Shown one piece after another: positions 9,741-19,973 of a stretch of 64,000 bases of DNA (position 1 is the first letter of the stretch; the number at the start of each line of letters is the position of its first letter). The translations under genes and the position numbers were made by a program. Source of the DNA: Anaerolineales bacterium (GTDB lineage: Bacteria > Chloroflexota > Anaerolineae > Anaerolineales > UBA4823). The notes beneath the pieces were generated by a model. That model did no database searches, had not been told where the DNA came from, and worked only from the letters and a program-made list of their open reading frames with translations. The DNA lies in the NCBI GenBank assembly GCA_020061105.1, contig JAGUYW010000002.1, positions 110 to 64,109 of the forward strand, given 5' to 3'.

Positions 9741-10005
9741 CTAATGGTAATCTAAATCTCTACTTCGTACGCGCCATAGTCAATCCACTTGAAACATACC
9801 CGCCACTGGTCGTAATGCGAATGCTGTACTGCCCAGCGCAAGCGCCGCTCAGTTTCTCCAACCGGTTAGCAGGTGGGATTCTCAAATCAAGCAAAGATTG
9901 TGCGTTATCCAACATGCGCAATTCCGCAATGCGGCCTGTTGAATTTCGGCGGGCAGCTTGCGCGAGCGCTGGCGGTAGAAAATGTGGCGTGTTTCGCGGC
10001 AGCCC
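9741..10005 (-). pseudogene. higB: HigB toxin remnant (5' truncated, three single-base deletions)
   Basis: Stitched frames read CRETRHIFYRQRSRKLPAEIQQAALR/LRMLDNAQSLLDLRIPPANRLEKLSGACAGQYSIRI/DQWRVCFKWIDYGAYEVEI/DYH*. Confidence 0.85.
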
Positions 10006-10059
10006 TGGCAGCCGTGTTTGGGATGTTTCTCTTGCAAGCGCCCTTTGGTTCTGGCCAAA

Positions 10060-11433
10060 TCAGGTCGATGCACCAACAATGCGTTCCGGAAGCATACGCA
10101 TGCCATAACGCGGGTTGAGGGTGATGAGCGGGGCTGTGCCCACCCGCTGCCCTTGCGCCAGCGCCAGGCGATAGCGCTGGGCGACGGTGGCCAGGATTAA
10201 CTGCCCTTCGGTCATGGCAAAATAATCGCCAATGCATTTGCGCGGACCAGTGCTGAAGGGCAGGTAGGCGAACTTATGACGCCGTTCCACTTCATCCTCC
10301 GTGAAGCGCAGCGGACGAAATTCGTGCGGCGCTTCCCACAGGCGTGGGTGGCGGTGCAGGGCGTACAGGATGATGTGAATCACGCTACCAGCCGGGATGG
10401 GATAGCCGGCCAGTTCGTCATCCTGGATGGCGCGGCGGGCAATGCTCCAGGCCGGCGGGTACAGGCGCAGCGCCTCCTGGAACACCATGCGGGTATAAGG
10501 CAGGCGCGGCAAGTCGTCCACTGCTGGCGGGCGGTCTCCCAATACACGCTGTACTTCTTCAGACAGGCTGGCGGCTTCTTGCGGGTGCTGCGAAAGCAAA
10601 TAAAAGGTCCAGGTCAGGGCGTTGGCGGTGGTCTCGTGCCCTGCCAACAAGATCGTCATCAGTTCGTCGCGCAGTTGGCGGTCGCTCATACCCTGGCCGG
10701 TCTGTTCGTCGCGAGCCTGCAAGAGCATGCTGAGCAAATCGTCATGCGCAGCCGGATGGGCGCGGCGCTGGGCGATGATCTCGGTCACCAGGGAATCCAT
10801 GACCTGCAAGGCAGATTTGAACTGGCGATTGGCGCGCGTCGGCAGCCAGGGCAGCAGGATCGAGAATATATTCCCGAAGCCAAAACGGGCATTGGCCTGC
10901 TTGAAGGCTTGCCCGAACTGGCTGGCTTCCGCCCCCAGGTCGACGCTGAGCAGCGCCTTGCCGACGATGGTAAGCGTCAGGCGCATCATCTCCTGGTCGA
11001 TCGCCAGCGCCTGCCCACGCCCTACGCCAGGCTGCCAGCGTTCCAACATCGCCAATGTCTCACCCACCATCATCTCGCCCAGGGCGGCAATGCGCTGGCG
11101 GTGGAAGGCTGGCTGCATCAAGCGCCGCTGGCGCAGCCAGGTCTCGCCGTCGCTGGTCAGCAACCCCTGCCCGACCAACGGGTAGAGCATCTGGTAATCG
11201 AGGGCCTGTTTATTATAATTACGGCTATTGGTTTGCAAAATGTGCTGCACGGCGTCTGGGTGGCTGACGAAGATCGACTCGCCTCCCACGATGGTGATAC
11301 GGGCAAGATCGCCATACTTTTCGATGACTTGCAAGCTATAAGCTAACGGATCGCGCTGGAAGGCGCCCAGGCTGCCAAAATACGGCAAGCCGGGGACGGC
11401 GGGGATGGTTTTAGTCGATGGTATCGTATTCAC
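10060..11433 (-). CDS. Cytochrome P450
   Basis: AGHETT I-helix, EALR ExxR motif, FSTGPRKCIG heme motif; GTG start. Confidence 0.95.
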   Translation of the reverse strand: MNTIPSTKTIPAVPGLPYFGSLGAFQRDPLAYSLQVIEKYGDLARITIVGGESIFVSHPDAVQHILQTNSRNYNKQALDYQMLYPLVGQGLLTSDGETWLRQRRLMQPAFHRQRIAALGEMMVGETLAMLERWQPGVGRGQALAIDQEMMRLTLTIVGKALLSVDLGAEASQFGQAFKQANARFGFGNIFSILLPWLPTRANRQFKSALQVMDSLVTEIIAQRRAHPAAHDDLLSMLLQARDEQTGQGMSDRQLRDELMTILLAGHETTANALTWTFYLLSQHPQEAASLSEEVQRVLGDRPPAVDDLPRLPYTRMVFQEALRLYPPAWSIARRAIQDDELAGYPIPAGSVIHIILYALHRHPRLWEAPHEFRPLRFTEDEVERRHKFAYLPFSTGPRKCIGDYFAMTEGQLILATVAQRYRLALAQGQRVGTAPLITLNPRYGMRMLPERIVGAST

Positions 11434-11500
11434 AAAAAATGCCTAAGTACCTTTTTCGTCAACAATCCGATGCTTTCGCAATTTATCCCTCGCTGTAACA

Positions 11501-12268
11501 TTACAATCTCAGATACTGTGGCGCCTCAATATCTTCAAGAACCACCAGCACGCTTTCATCCAACTTGTGATGATCCACGACGATCTTGTTAAATCGCTTT
11601 TCAGGGGGAAGCGCAAGAAAGGCTTCTCGCACCCTGTTCAACGGCAGAACTAAGATTGAATTTTCGCGTCCCTTCCCATTTTCTACAGCGCGTTTCCCAA
11701 GCATTTCATCCGAAAACCGCTGACTTGTGTCAATCATGTTTTGACACAATCTCCCGTCAACGATCTCTACCTTGTAAATTCGATAGACACGAACGGTCGA
11801 AAAGCCGCGCGCATACCAATTTTCCGTCCACACGGGATGATCTTCAATGACAAATCCCACCGGTTGAACCGTGTATTGACTCGGCGTCAACGCCACGCCC
11901 ATCGTTTCTTCGAACTCCTCCACCAATTCACGGTCAGGCGCGGACTCAAGCTCGAGATCGGACGGATATTGAAGATGCTTCAGGCAATATTGCTTCACCG
12001 CTTCCCAATCGGACGGCTCGATCAATATCCGGAAATCCTGCTCGGACCTGGAACGAATGCTGTCAAATTGAATTTCTCCGACGATCTTTTCCAACAAGTT
12101 TGGTTTGAGTAGTTTTACTCCCCCACCAAACGGCTGGGCGCGGACGTTGACGCTTCCATCTTCTAACACAGTCGCCTTGCGTTCCAATGTCAGCATCACT
12201 GTCCCGGTTTCAGGGTGAGGAAAAACCACCTGGTTGTAGGTGGCAACGCTAACGCGCAGTTCGCTCAT
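11501..12268 (-). CDS. Hypothetical protein resembling the SMODS-associated NUDIX (SA-NUDIX) domain
   Basis: LRVSVA..QPFGGGVK..DFRI..ESAPDRELVEEFEE; ATGA overlap with upstream gene. Confidence 0.55.
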   Translation of the reverse strand: MSELRVSVATYNQVVFPHPETGTVMLTLERKATVLEDGSVNVRAQPFGGGVKLLKPNLLEKIVGEIQFDSIRSRSEQDFRILIEPSDWEAVKQYCLKHLQYPSDLELESAPDRELVEEFEETMGVALTPSQYTVQPVGFVIEDHPVWTENWYARGFSTVRVYRIYKVEIVDGRLCQNMIDTSQRFSDEMLGKRAVENGKGRENSILVLPLNRVREAFLALPPEKRFNKIVVDHHKLDESVLVVLEDIEAPQYLRL

Positions 12269-15200
12269 TCGATTTCGGATGTAAATGCCAATGCCTGTTC
12301 GAGAGTCATCGCCCCGCCTTTTTTCTGTGCTGCATCCAGTTCCGCCTCACCCAGCGCCGAGCGGATGAATTCCTGATTCGCTTCCACTTCCACGCGATCG
12401 GCAGGCCACCACGCGCCGCCAGTCTCTTTCAACACCGAATCCGCCGCGCTGAGCATGACCGCGCCCCATTCGACTTGCCCCTGGCGCGCCTTCAAACTCG
12501 CCAGTCCTGCCATGCACTCTGCCATGCCGCGCCGGTTGCCCAACTGGCGAAACATCTTCAGACTTTTTCTGAATTGCGATTCCGCCTGTCCATAGTCGCC
12601 TTCATGCTGAGCGATATATCCTAAACTATGGACGAAGCGCGCCCTGTCACCTTTATCGCCTGAATCGGGCAACAGCGCTTCACAATTATCGTAATATTTT
12701 CGCGCCAGGTCATACTGCCCCCGCGTGCGCGCTACTTCTCCAAGATTGTTCAAGGCAAAACTCAACAGCCAATGATCATTGATCTGGCGGGCTGCGGTTT
12801 CTGCTTTTGAATGATAGGCATGTGCTTTATCGAGATGTCCCAAACCAAGTTCGACGTTTCCCAAATGCACCTGCGTGAGGGCGTGGAAATATGGATTATC
12901 GACTTCAAAGGATTGGCGTGCTTCTTCGAGCAATGGCTTGGCGGCGTCGTCCCTGCCCATGTTTAATAAAGCGATCCCATTCGCCATCTGCAGCATTGCC
13001 ATCATATCTTCATCTTCCAGTTGCTGCTCGATAACGAGAGCAGCTTTTAACTTTGCCAGCGCGGTTTCCTGCTGACCTTGCCAGAGCGCCATCAAGCCGC
13101 TGGATGCCAGAGCCATGACGCACATCGGTGGAGTGTTTTGAACCACGGGCAGCGCCAAAAACTTTTCAGCCCACTGCTGCCCTTCGATGAAATACCCGCG
13201 ACGGTACCAGAACCAGAATAGCATAAAGATGAGACCCATACCGAGTGGGATTCCCTGTGGCGCTGCCAGACTCCAATTAAGCGTGGCGCGAATATTATCG
13301 ATTTCTCGTTCGAACCACGTCAGCCAGTGATGAGATTTTGCCGAATAGATTTCCATCCCATGGTTGAGAATGATGTTCCCGAAATATTGCGCATGGCTTG
13401 CCTGTAAAGCTGGCGTTTCGCCGCTCTCAGCAAGACGTTCCATCGCGTAGGCGCGGATGATTTCCAACATCCCAAAGCGTAGCTCGCCGTTGACCTCTTC
13501 CTGGCGTAACAGGCTGTTATCCACGAGCGCGGTCAGTCCTTCCAGAATGTCGAACTTGTTATCCGTATTGCACACGGCTTCTGCGGCTTCGAACGTGAAC
13601 CCGCCCACAAAGACGCTCAATCGTGCATACAACTTTTTCTCATCGTCGTTCAGCAAGCTGTAACTCCACTCGAGCGTGTTGCGGAGAGTCTGATGACGCG
13701 ACGGCAGGTCGCGCGCGCCGCCTGTCAGGAGCTTCAGCTGGTCGTCGAGCCGTGAAAGGATTGCCTGCGGAGACAGCAGCTTGACGCGCGCGGCGGCGAG
13801 TTCAAGTGCGAGGGGCAGCCCATCGAGGCGGAGGCAGATCTCGGTCACGGAAGAGGCGTTTTCCTGTGTCAAGGCAAAGTTCGGTTGAGCGGCGCGGGCG
13901 CGTTCCACGAACAACTTTACGGACTCATATCCTGCCAAATCTTCGAGTGTCGATTCACGCTGTGGCATCTCCAGCGGCGGGACGGGGTATTCACGCTCAC
14001 TTTGGATCTTTAGCACGATGCGGCTGCTGGTGATAATCTTCAATTGCGGCGCGGCGGCAAGCAGGTTGGCAACTACGGGCGCGGCAGAAATGAGCTGCTC
14101 GAAATTATCGAGCACCAGCAGAAGTTTTTTGTCGCGCAGATAATCCTGGATGTTATCGAGCAGGGGGCGCCCGCCTTCGCGCACTTCGAGTTGCTGCGCC
14201 AGGCGCGCGATGAATTGATTCGCATCGGTGTCATCGGCAAGCGGGACGAAGAACGCGCCGTTCGGGAAATGCTCGAGCGACTCCTGCGCTGCCTGTAAGC
14301 TGAGCCGCGTTTTACCCGTACCGCCAGGTCCGATGAGCGTTATGAGCCGCACATCGGGTTTTAAGATCAACTCTTTCAGCGCAGCCAGTTGTGCGGCGCG
14401 TCCGATGAATGGCGTGGGTTGCGTAGGGAGATTATGTTGTGGTTTTTTCGTTGAGACGGAAACAGCCTGGTTCTCGTCATAGAGCAGTTCGACGCTGGTT
14501 GGCCGTGGCAGTTTGAACACTGCAGCAAAGCGTTTGAGATTTACGGCGGCGTAGATCAGCCCCATAAGACGCTGCTCTTCAGGCAGACCCGGCTTGTGAC
14601 AATATGCCAGACCTGAGGCGACTCCCGCCAGCCAATACTGCCCCCACAAGTCATCGTGCAGACTGGGATGGTTCGCCTGCACCCAATTTGAAAATTCGCC
14701 TCTCGCCGACTCGATCACTGCACTGACACCCGAGACTTCGATCGGCGCTTTATGCGGATCGGGAGCATCCGCAACGGCAAGCAACGACAGGAAGTTGACG
14801 CACTTCACGAACGAAACCTGAGACATTGCCAGCACGAGATACGACATCTCGAGATAGCGTTGGTCGTACAACAACGGCATGTTCTCTTTGAACAACGCAA
14901 AATCGATGAGGTAATAACCCGCCAGAGTCTCTCCATCTTCTGCGAACTTGACCAGGATGTTATTCGTGTTCAAGTCGCCGTGAATGAAGCCCGTGGCGAC
15001 ATCCATGGCGCGGATGTTGCCCCACGGCTCGGTCTTGCGCCCATACAGCAAGGGATTCGGTAAAACATGTCCGTTTACAAGAAAACCAGCAACATTTGCA
15101 TTCGCCTTCCTTTGAATAAAGCGTTCGATGTTCCCACCTTCGTCCAACCGAAAACCAAGCCACTTCGCTAAAATCTTTTGCGGATGAACGGCTTGTTCGA

Positions 15201-15681
15201 AGGTCGAGCGTCCATTCCATTCGCTCTATAAAATCTTGTTCGTTACCGTGAAGATGGTTTTGAGCTGGCTTTGCCGTTCGTAGTTTGATAGCGGGCGATA
15301 CTTTTGAAGCGACTCACCCGCGATGCGGTAAAAGATGGCAATCGCGCCTTCGTGCTCGATACGGTCGAAGATCAGTTCGGCGATGTGGGCGCGGGCGAAT
15401 TCAGGCGCGGCTTTTTCCATCACGGTGTTGTGCCGCGTGCCTTCATCCGATTTGGCCTTCTTGCTTTTGCGGTCTAATTTGAGGATGCAATGCTCGACAC
15501 GCCTGGTCTCAGTCCATGCCACGCTAACAAGATAAACGACCGCGCCCGACCAGCCTCCCACCAACAATTGCAGGGGCGTGATGGCGACCTTGTTGGCTTC
15601 CTGTGCGAGCAGAATGACTTGCTGGTATTCTGCGGGCATGGTTTGAAAATCCTTGGCCAGTTCGGGCATGGCTGAATCCAT
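12265..15681 (-). pseudogene. Kinase-like (APH/TCAD9-type) + NB-ARC/STAND ATPase + TPR protein interrupted by one in-frame TAG at 15226-15228
   Basis: ORFs 15226-15681 and 12265-15147 share a frame: NKIL*SEWNGRSTF..RLDEGG; GGWSGAVV, ILKLD, HGDLNTNN, IDFA; GPGGTGKT, LVLDNFE, GLPLALEL; TPRs. Confidence 0.85.
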
Positions 15682-15714
15682 ATTATTAGAGTATACCCGA
15701 TTCTTTGCAGATAA

Positions 15715-15846
15715 CTATGATTGGCGCTGTGTTTTCTTCAAAACCACCAGGTCTCGTTTGACCGTCCTGGCGCTCACCCCCAGTAAATCGGCCAGTTCTT
15801 GAACGGAAGGTTTGGCGCCCTGGCGCTGCAGGAAGGCGCGGCGCAT
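15715..15846 (-). pseudogene. 43-aa HTH fragment (DUF1670/HTH_11-like tail)
   Basis: MRRAFLQRQGAKPSVQELADLLGVSARTVKRDLVVLKKTQRQS*. Confidence 0.55.
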
Positions 15847-15904
15847 GTTGATGGGCTTGGGTCAGCTTATAATAACTAGAAAATTCGTTCGAAACGCCTC
15901 TTGA

Positions 15905-15927
15905 TATATGTCACTATTTGACATATA
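15905..15927. promoter_or_regulatory. Palindromic operator upstream of the WYL regulator
   Basis: TATATGTCA-CTATT-TGACATATA, perfect 9-bp arms containing TTGACA. Confidence 0.7.
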
Positions 15928-15958
15928 CTGGGTATACAATTTCGAAAGTAGGTAACCG

Positions 15959-16927
15959 ATGACCAATCCTGCCACCCGACTGATCACCCTGATCTTGCTC
16001 TTGCAGCGCCAACCCGGCCAGAAAGCCGCCGACCTGGCGCAGCGTTTGAGCGTGTCTGTGCGCACCTTGCACCGCTATCTGGCGATGCTGGACGAAATGG
16101 GCGTGCCGGTGTATTCCGAGCGCGGCCCGCAAGGCGGTTTTTCGCTGGTGCGCGGCTATAAGCTGCCGCCGCTGGTCTTCACCCCCGAAGAAGCCAGCGC
16201 TGTGATGCTCGGCGCAGGCCTGGTAGGCGAGATGTGGGGGCAGCTGTACCGGGAGGCCGCCCAAGGCGCCCTGGCCAAGCTGGAAAATGTGCTGCCAAAA
16301 GAACAGTTGCAGGAGATCGCCTGGGCGCGGCGCGCCCTGGTGGTGGTGGATGTCAACCGCGCCGACCTGGGACTGCTGGCGCCGCGCCTGGAAAAGCTGC
16401 GCCAGGCGACGCGCGAAAACCGCCAGGTGCGCATGACCTACCACAGCGCCAGCCAGCCGCACGGCGTCTCGCGCCTGCTCGATCCATACGGACTGGCGCA
16501 TCGCGCCGGTTGGTGGTACGTGGCGGGTTACTGCCAGCTGCGCCAGGCAGTGCGCACCTTCCGCCTGGATCGCATCGCCGAACTGAGCTTGACCGAACAA
16601 CGCTTTACCCCACCGGCTGATTTCGATCTGCGCGCCTACATCAGCCAGGAATGGCAGAGCGAAGCGCCGGTACAGGTGCGCTTGCGGTTCGAGGCGCAAT
16701 ACGCCCACATCGCCCAATACAGCCGCGGCTACTGGGAAAGCTTCGAAGAGCAGGTCGATGGATCGATTATCGTAGCCTTCAGCGCTTCGGACATGCAGTG
16801 GGCTGTGAGCAACGTTTTATCCTACGGCGCCGCCGTCATAGCGCTCGACCCGCCTGAAGTTCGCCAACAGGTGCATGCTGCGGCGCTGGCAATTTCAAAA
16901 TCATATGAGGAGCGAAACCATGAGTAA
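15959..16927 (+). CDS. HTH-WYL-WCX transcriptional regulator (YafY/PafC-like)
   Basis: VSVRTLHRYL HTH, RGPQGGF, WYVAGYCQLRQAVRTFRLDRI. Confidence 0.95.
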   Translation: MTNPATRLITLILLLQRQPGQKAADLAQRLSVSVRTLHRYLAMLDEMGVPVYSERGPQGGFSLVRGYKLPPLVFTPEEASAVMLGAGLVGEMWGQLYREAAQGALAKLENVLPKEQLQEIAWARRALVVVDVNRADLGLLAPRLEKLRQATRENRQVRMTYHSASQPHGVSRLLDPYGLAHRAGWWYVAGYCQLRQAVRTFRLDRIAELSLTEQRFTPPADFDLRAYISQEWQSEAPVQVRLRFEAQYAHIAQYSRGYWESFEEQVDGSIIVAFSASDMQWAVSNVLSYGAAVIALDPPEVRQQVHAAALAISKSYEERNHE

Positions 16928-17152
16928 CCTTGCGATTTGCCGCCATTCATCAACATTTCTCGAATTTACAAGCCTGCCTGGGGCTACAAGCTCCCAAAAA
17001 GGCGCATCCTGCCGCAGCGATCCCGCCCGCCGCCCATTGCGTTGCCCGTATAGAATGATTTCACGCTCCCCGCCTGTTTCCTGTCGCCAGGGCGAGAACA
17101 GCGCCAAGCAGCTCTTAAGAACCTTTTGCGCCTTCGTGATTCAAATTCTTTA

Positions 17153-17370
17153 TTTCACCACAAGGCGCCAAGAGCGCTAAGTAACCCTTAATAACCTTTG
17201 TGTCCTGGCGTCTTTGCGTTGAAAAATTCCTAAAGCCAAGGCGCGTAGATCGCTCAGTGAACCTTTAACCTTTGCGTCTTAGCGTTGAAAATTTCTTGAA
17301 ACGCCAAGGCGCAAAGAGCGCTCAGTAAACCTTAAAATCCTTTGCGTCTTAGTATCTTTGCGTTGAAAAA
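17153..17370. repeat. Three tandem 65-80 bp imperfect palindromic units (REP/BIME-like)
   Basis: Units CAAGGCGCNNAGANCGCTNAGT..CCTTTGYGTC..GCGTTGAAAA at about 17153-17226, 17227-17291, 17292-17370. Confidence 0.75.
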
Positions 17371-17404
17371 CATGCAGTAAATTTTTGATGAAAGGAAGCC
17401 AATC

Positions 17405-18031
17405 ATGAAACTCGACCTGAAAACCCTCTACAAACCGCTCTTCAGCGCCTCTGCCAAAGCTCCACAGTTGGTAGATGTGCCACCCCTCAATTTCCTGCGC
17501 ATCGACGGCGCCATTGAGACCGGCCACGCTCCCGGCGACTCGCCGCTGTTCAGCGAAAACCTGGCGGCGCTGTATGGGGCGTCTTACACCCTTAAGTTCA
17601 TGCTCAAGCAGCGCCCTGAAAACCCGGTCGATTACCCGGTGATGGCGCTGGAAGGGCTGTGGTGGGTGGAGGATGGCCATTTCGATATCCAGATCAAAGA
17701 CAACTGGCATTACACCGTGCAGATCATGCAGCCCGACCTGATTACCCAAGACCTGGTTGCCGAAGCGCTGGGAAAGCTGCGTAAGAAGAAGGGCGACCAG
17801 CCCGCCTTTGCCCGCCTGCGCCTGGAGACCTTCCACGAAGGGCTGGCGGTGCAGATGATGCATATCGGCCCATACGCCACGGAGCCCGCCACGGTCGAGA
17901 AAATGGACGCCTTCATCCAGGCCCAAGGGCTGCACAAAAGCGGGCAGCACCACGAAATCTACCTGGGCGACCCGCTGCGCGCCGACCCCACAAAACTCAA
18001 GACCATCTTGCGCCATCCGGTGACGAAGTGA
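17405..18031 (+). CDS. GyrI-like small-molecule-binding domain protein
   Basis: FLRIDG, LYGASYTLKF, VMALEGLWW, HIGPY, HHEIYLGDP, LKTILRHPV. Confidence 0.9.
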   Translation: MKLDLKTLYKPLFSASAKAPQLVDVPPLNFLRIDGAIETGHAPGDSPLFSENLAALYGASYTLKFMLKQRPENPVDYPVMALEGLWWVEDGHFDIQIKDNWHYTVQIMQPDLITQDLVAEALGKLRKKKGDQPAFARLRLETFHEGLAVQMMHIGPYATEPATVEKMDAFIQAQGLHKSGQHHEIYLGDPLRADPTKLKTILRHPVTK

Positions 18032-18039
18032 GGCCTGCC

Positions 18040-18669
18040 ATGACTGTCCTCGACCAACTGGCTTGCTCGTTGAAGCGCCGCGATGAAGCCCCCAACCAGG
18101 CGCTGGCCCGCCGCCTGGCGAGCGAGCGCGACTGGGATGGCGTCGCCGAAATCGCCGCCAACCTGTCCAATCCCAACCCGGCTGTGCGGGCTGATTGCAT
18201 CAAAGTATTGTATGAAACCGGCTACCTGGCGCCCGATTTGATTGCCCCCTACGCCCTGGATTTCGTCAAGCTGCTGAAAAGCCGCAACAACCGCCTGGTG
18301 TGGGGCGGCATGATCGCCCTGGCAGTCGTCGCCCCGCTGGCTGCTGAAGCGCTCTACCTGCGCCTGGCTGACATCCAAAAAGCCTTCCAAAACGGCTCGG
18401 TAATTACCCGTGACGCCGGTGTGCAAGCGCTGGCGAATATTGCCGCCGCCAACCCGACCTATAATGCCCACATCTTCCCCCAACTGCTCGAGCACCTGCG
18501 CTTCTGCCGTCCCAAAGAAGTGGCGCAGCACAGCGAGAAAACCCTGCCCGCTGTCAACGCGGATAACAAAAGCGCCTTCATTGCCGTTCTCGAAAAGCGT
18601 CTGGAAGACCTGCAAGGATCGCAAGTGGTGCGGGTCAAAAAGGTGCTTCGCCAGGCGCAGCAGAAGTGA
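18040..18669 (+). CDS. HEAT-repeat/ARM-fold hypothetical protein
   Basis: RRDEAPNQALA, DCIKVLYETGY, NNRLVWGGMIAL; helical repeats. Confidence 0.75.
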   Translation: MTVLDQLACSLKRRDEAPNQALARRLASERDWDGVAEIAANLSNPNPAVRADCIKVLYETGYLAPDLIAPYALDFVKLLKSRNNRLVWGGMIALAVVAPLAAEALYLRLADIQKAFQNGSVITRDAGVQALANIAAANPTYNAHIFPQLLEHLRFCRPKEVAQHSEKTLPAVNADNKSAFIAVLEKRLEDLQGSQVVRVKKVLRQAQQK

Positions 18670-18785
18670 TGGATCTATTCTTGCAATATTTTACACAATA
18701 ATTCATCGCAGGCACCTTTGCTGGTCTATCTTGTAGATCGGCAGAGCAATTCAACGCAATTCTGGGTATAATACTCCAAATTCCC

Positions 18786-19973
18786 ATGCCCAATAAAAAT
18801 ATCACCTTACTCGCCCTCAGCCAGGCCTTGACCTCCAGCGGCGCATCGATGCTGGTGTTCGTGGGCGGCATCACCGGCAGCCAGATCGCCCCCACCCCGG
18901 TGTTGGCAACCCTGCCGGTTTCGCTCATGATCGTTGGGGCGGCCTTGTCGACCATCCCGACCGCCCTGCTGCTAGGGCGCACCGGCCGGCGGCGCGGCTA
19001 CATGCTCGGCTCAGGCCTGGGCGTGTTGGCGGCTTTGTTGGCTGCCCTGGCAGTCCACGCCGGCAATTTCGCCCTGTTTTGCACCGCCGCCTTGTTGATC
19101 GGCGCAGGGATGGCCTTCGTCTTGCAATACCGCTTTGGGGCCGCCGAGAGCGTGGCCGAAGAGAAATCCGGGCAGGCGGTTTCTACCGTATTGCTGGGCG
19201 GCATCGCGGCGGGCTACCTTGGCCCAGAGATCGCCCGCCGCACCGTAGGGTTGTTCGGGCTGGAATCGTTCAGCGCCGCCTTCCTGATCCTGGCCGGTCT
19301 GTATGCAATCGCCATGGCGCTGCAATACACGCTAGACGAAATCGTTCCCCGCCAACAAACTTTCGACCAGCCGCCGCGCCCGCTGCGCCAGGTAGTTGTC
19401 CAACGCACTTACCTGGCAGCGGTCATGGCTGGCATGGTCGGCTACGCGGTGATGAGTTTTATTATGACCGCCACCCCGCTGCACATGCACAGCATGCAAG
19501 GCTTCTCGCTGGCAGACACTGCTTGGGTCATCCAAAGCCATATCATCGCCATGTACCTGCCTTCGTTGGTCACCGGCGCTTTGATCGCTCGTCTCGGGCT
19601 AGGGCGAGTGATGGCGGTTGGCGTCGTTTGTCTGTTAGCCACGGTTGCGATTGCCCTGGTTAACCCCCATCTACTCGGCTACTGGAGCGCCCTGGTGCTG
19701 CTCGGCGTCGGGTGGAACTTCCTGTTCGTGAGCGGCACGGTGCTGCTCACCCACACTTACCGCCCGGCCGAACGCTTCAAAGCCCAGGCAATCAATGATT
19801 TCACCGTTTCCTCCATTCAAGCCTGCGCCTCGCTGGCAGCCGGCAGCGTGCTGTTCGCCGCCAACTGGCGCACCCTGTTGCTGCTCAACCTGCCGGCGCT
19901 ATTGGCGATGAGTGTAGTGATTTTCTGGTCATGGAAACAGTTACAGAACCCGCTCGATGGCCACACGCTTTAG
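18786..19973 (+). CDS. MFS transporter
   Basis: About 12 TM; GRTGRR motif A, YRFGAAES, LGVGWNF. Confidence 0.9.
   Translation: MPNKNITLLALSQALTSSGASMLVFVGGITGSQIAPTPVLATLPVSLMIVGAALSTIPTALLLGRTGRRRGYMLGSGLGVLAALLAALAVHAGNFALFCTAALLIGAGMAFVLQYRFGAAESVAEEKSGQAVSTVLLGGIAAGYLGPEIARRTVGLFGLESFSAAFLILAGLYAIAMALQYTLDEIVPRQQTFDQPPRPLRQVVVQRTYLAAVMAGMVGYAVMSFIMTATPLHMHSMQGFSLADTAWVIQSHIIAMYLPSLVTGALIARLGLGRVMAVGVVCLLATVAIALVNPHLLGYWSALVLLGVGWNFLFVSGTVLLTHTYRPAERFKAQAINDFTVSSIQACASLAAGSVLFAANWRTLLLLNLPALLAMSVVIFWSWKQLQNPLDGHTL

Noticed and set aside
15226-15228. Pyrrolysine codon
   Set aside because: No pyl genes in the window and the protein is not a methylamine methyltransferase; the distant MtaA-like gene is not evidence, and a nonsense change is simpler
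11440-15720. Mobile element or prophage boundaries for the AT-richer block
   Set aside because: No integrase, transposase, att-like repeats or target-site duplication visible
17153-17370. CRISPR array
   Set aside because: The units are long, degenerate and palindromic with related loops; there are no unique spacers and no cas genes
18681-18698. Rex-like site TTGCAATATTTTACACAA before the MFS gene
   Set aside because: The left half-site is too degenerate in an AT-rich context
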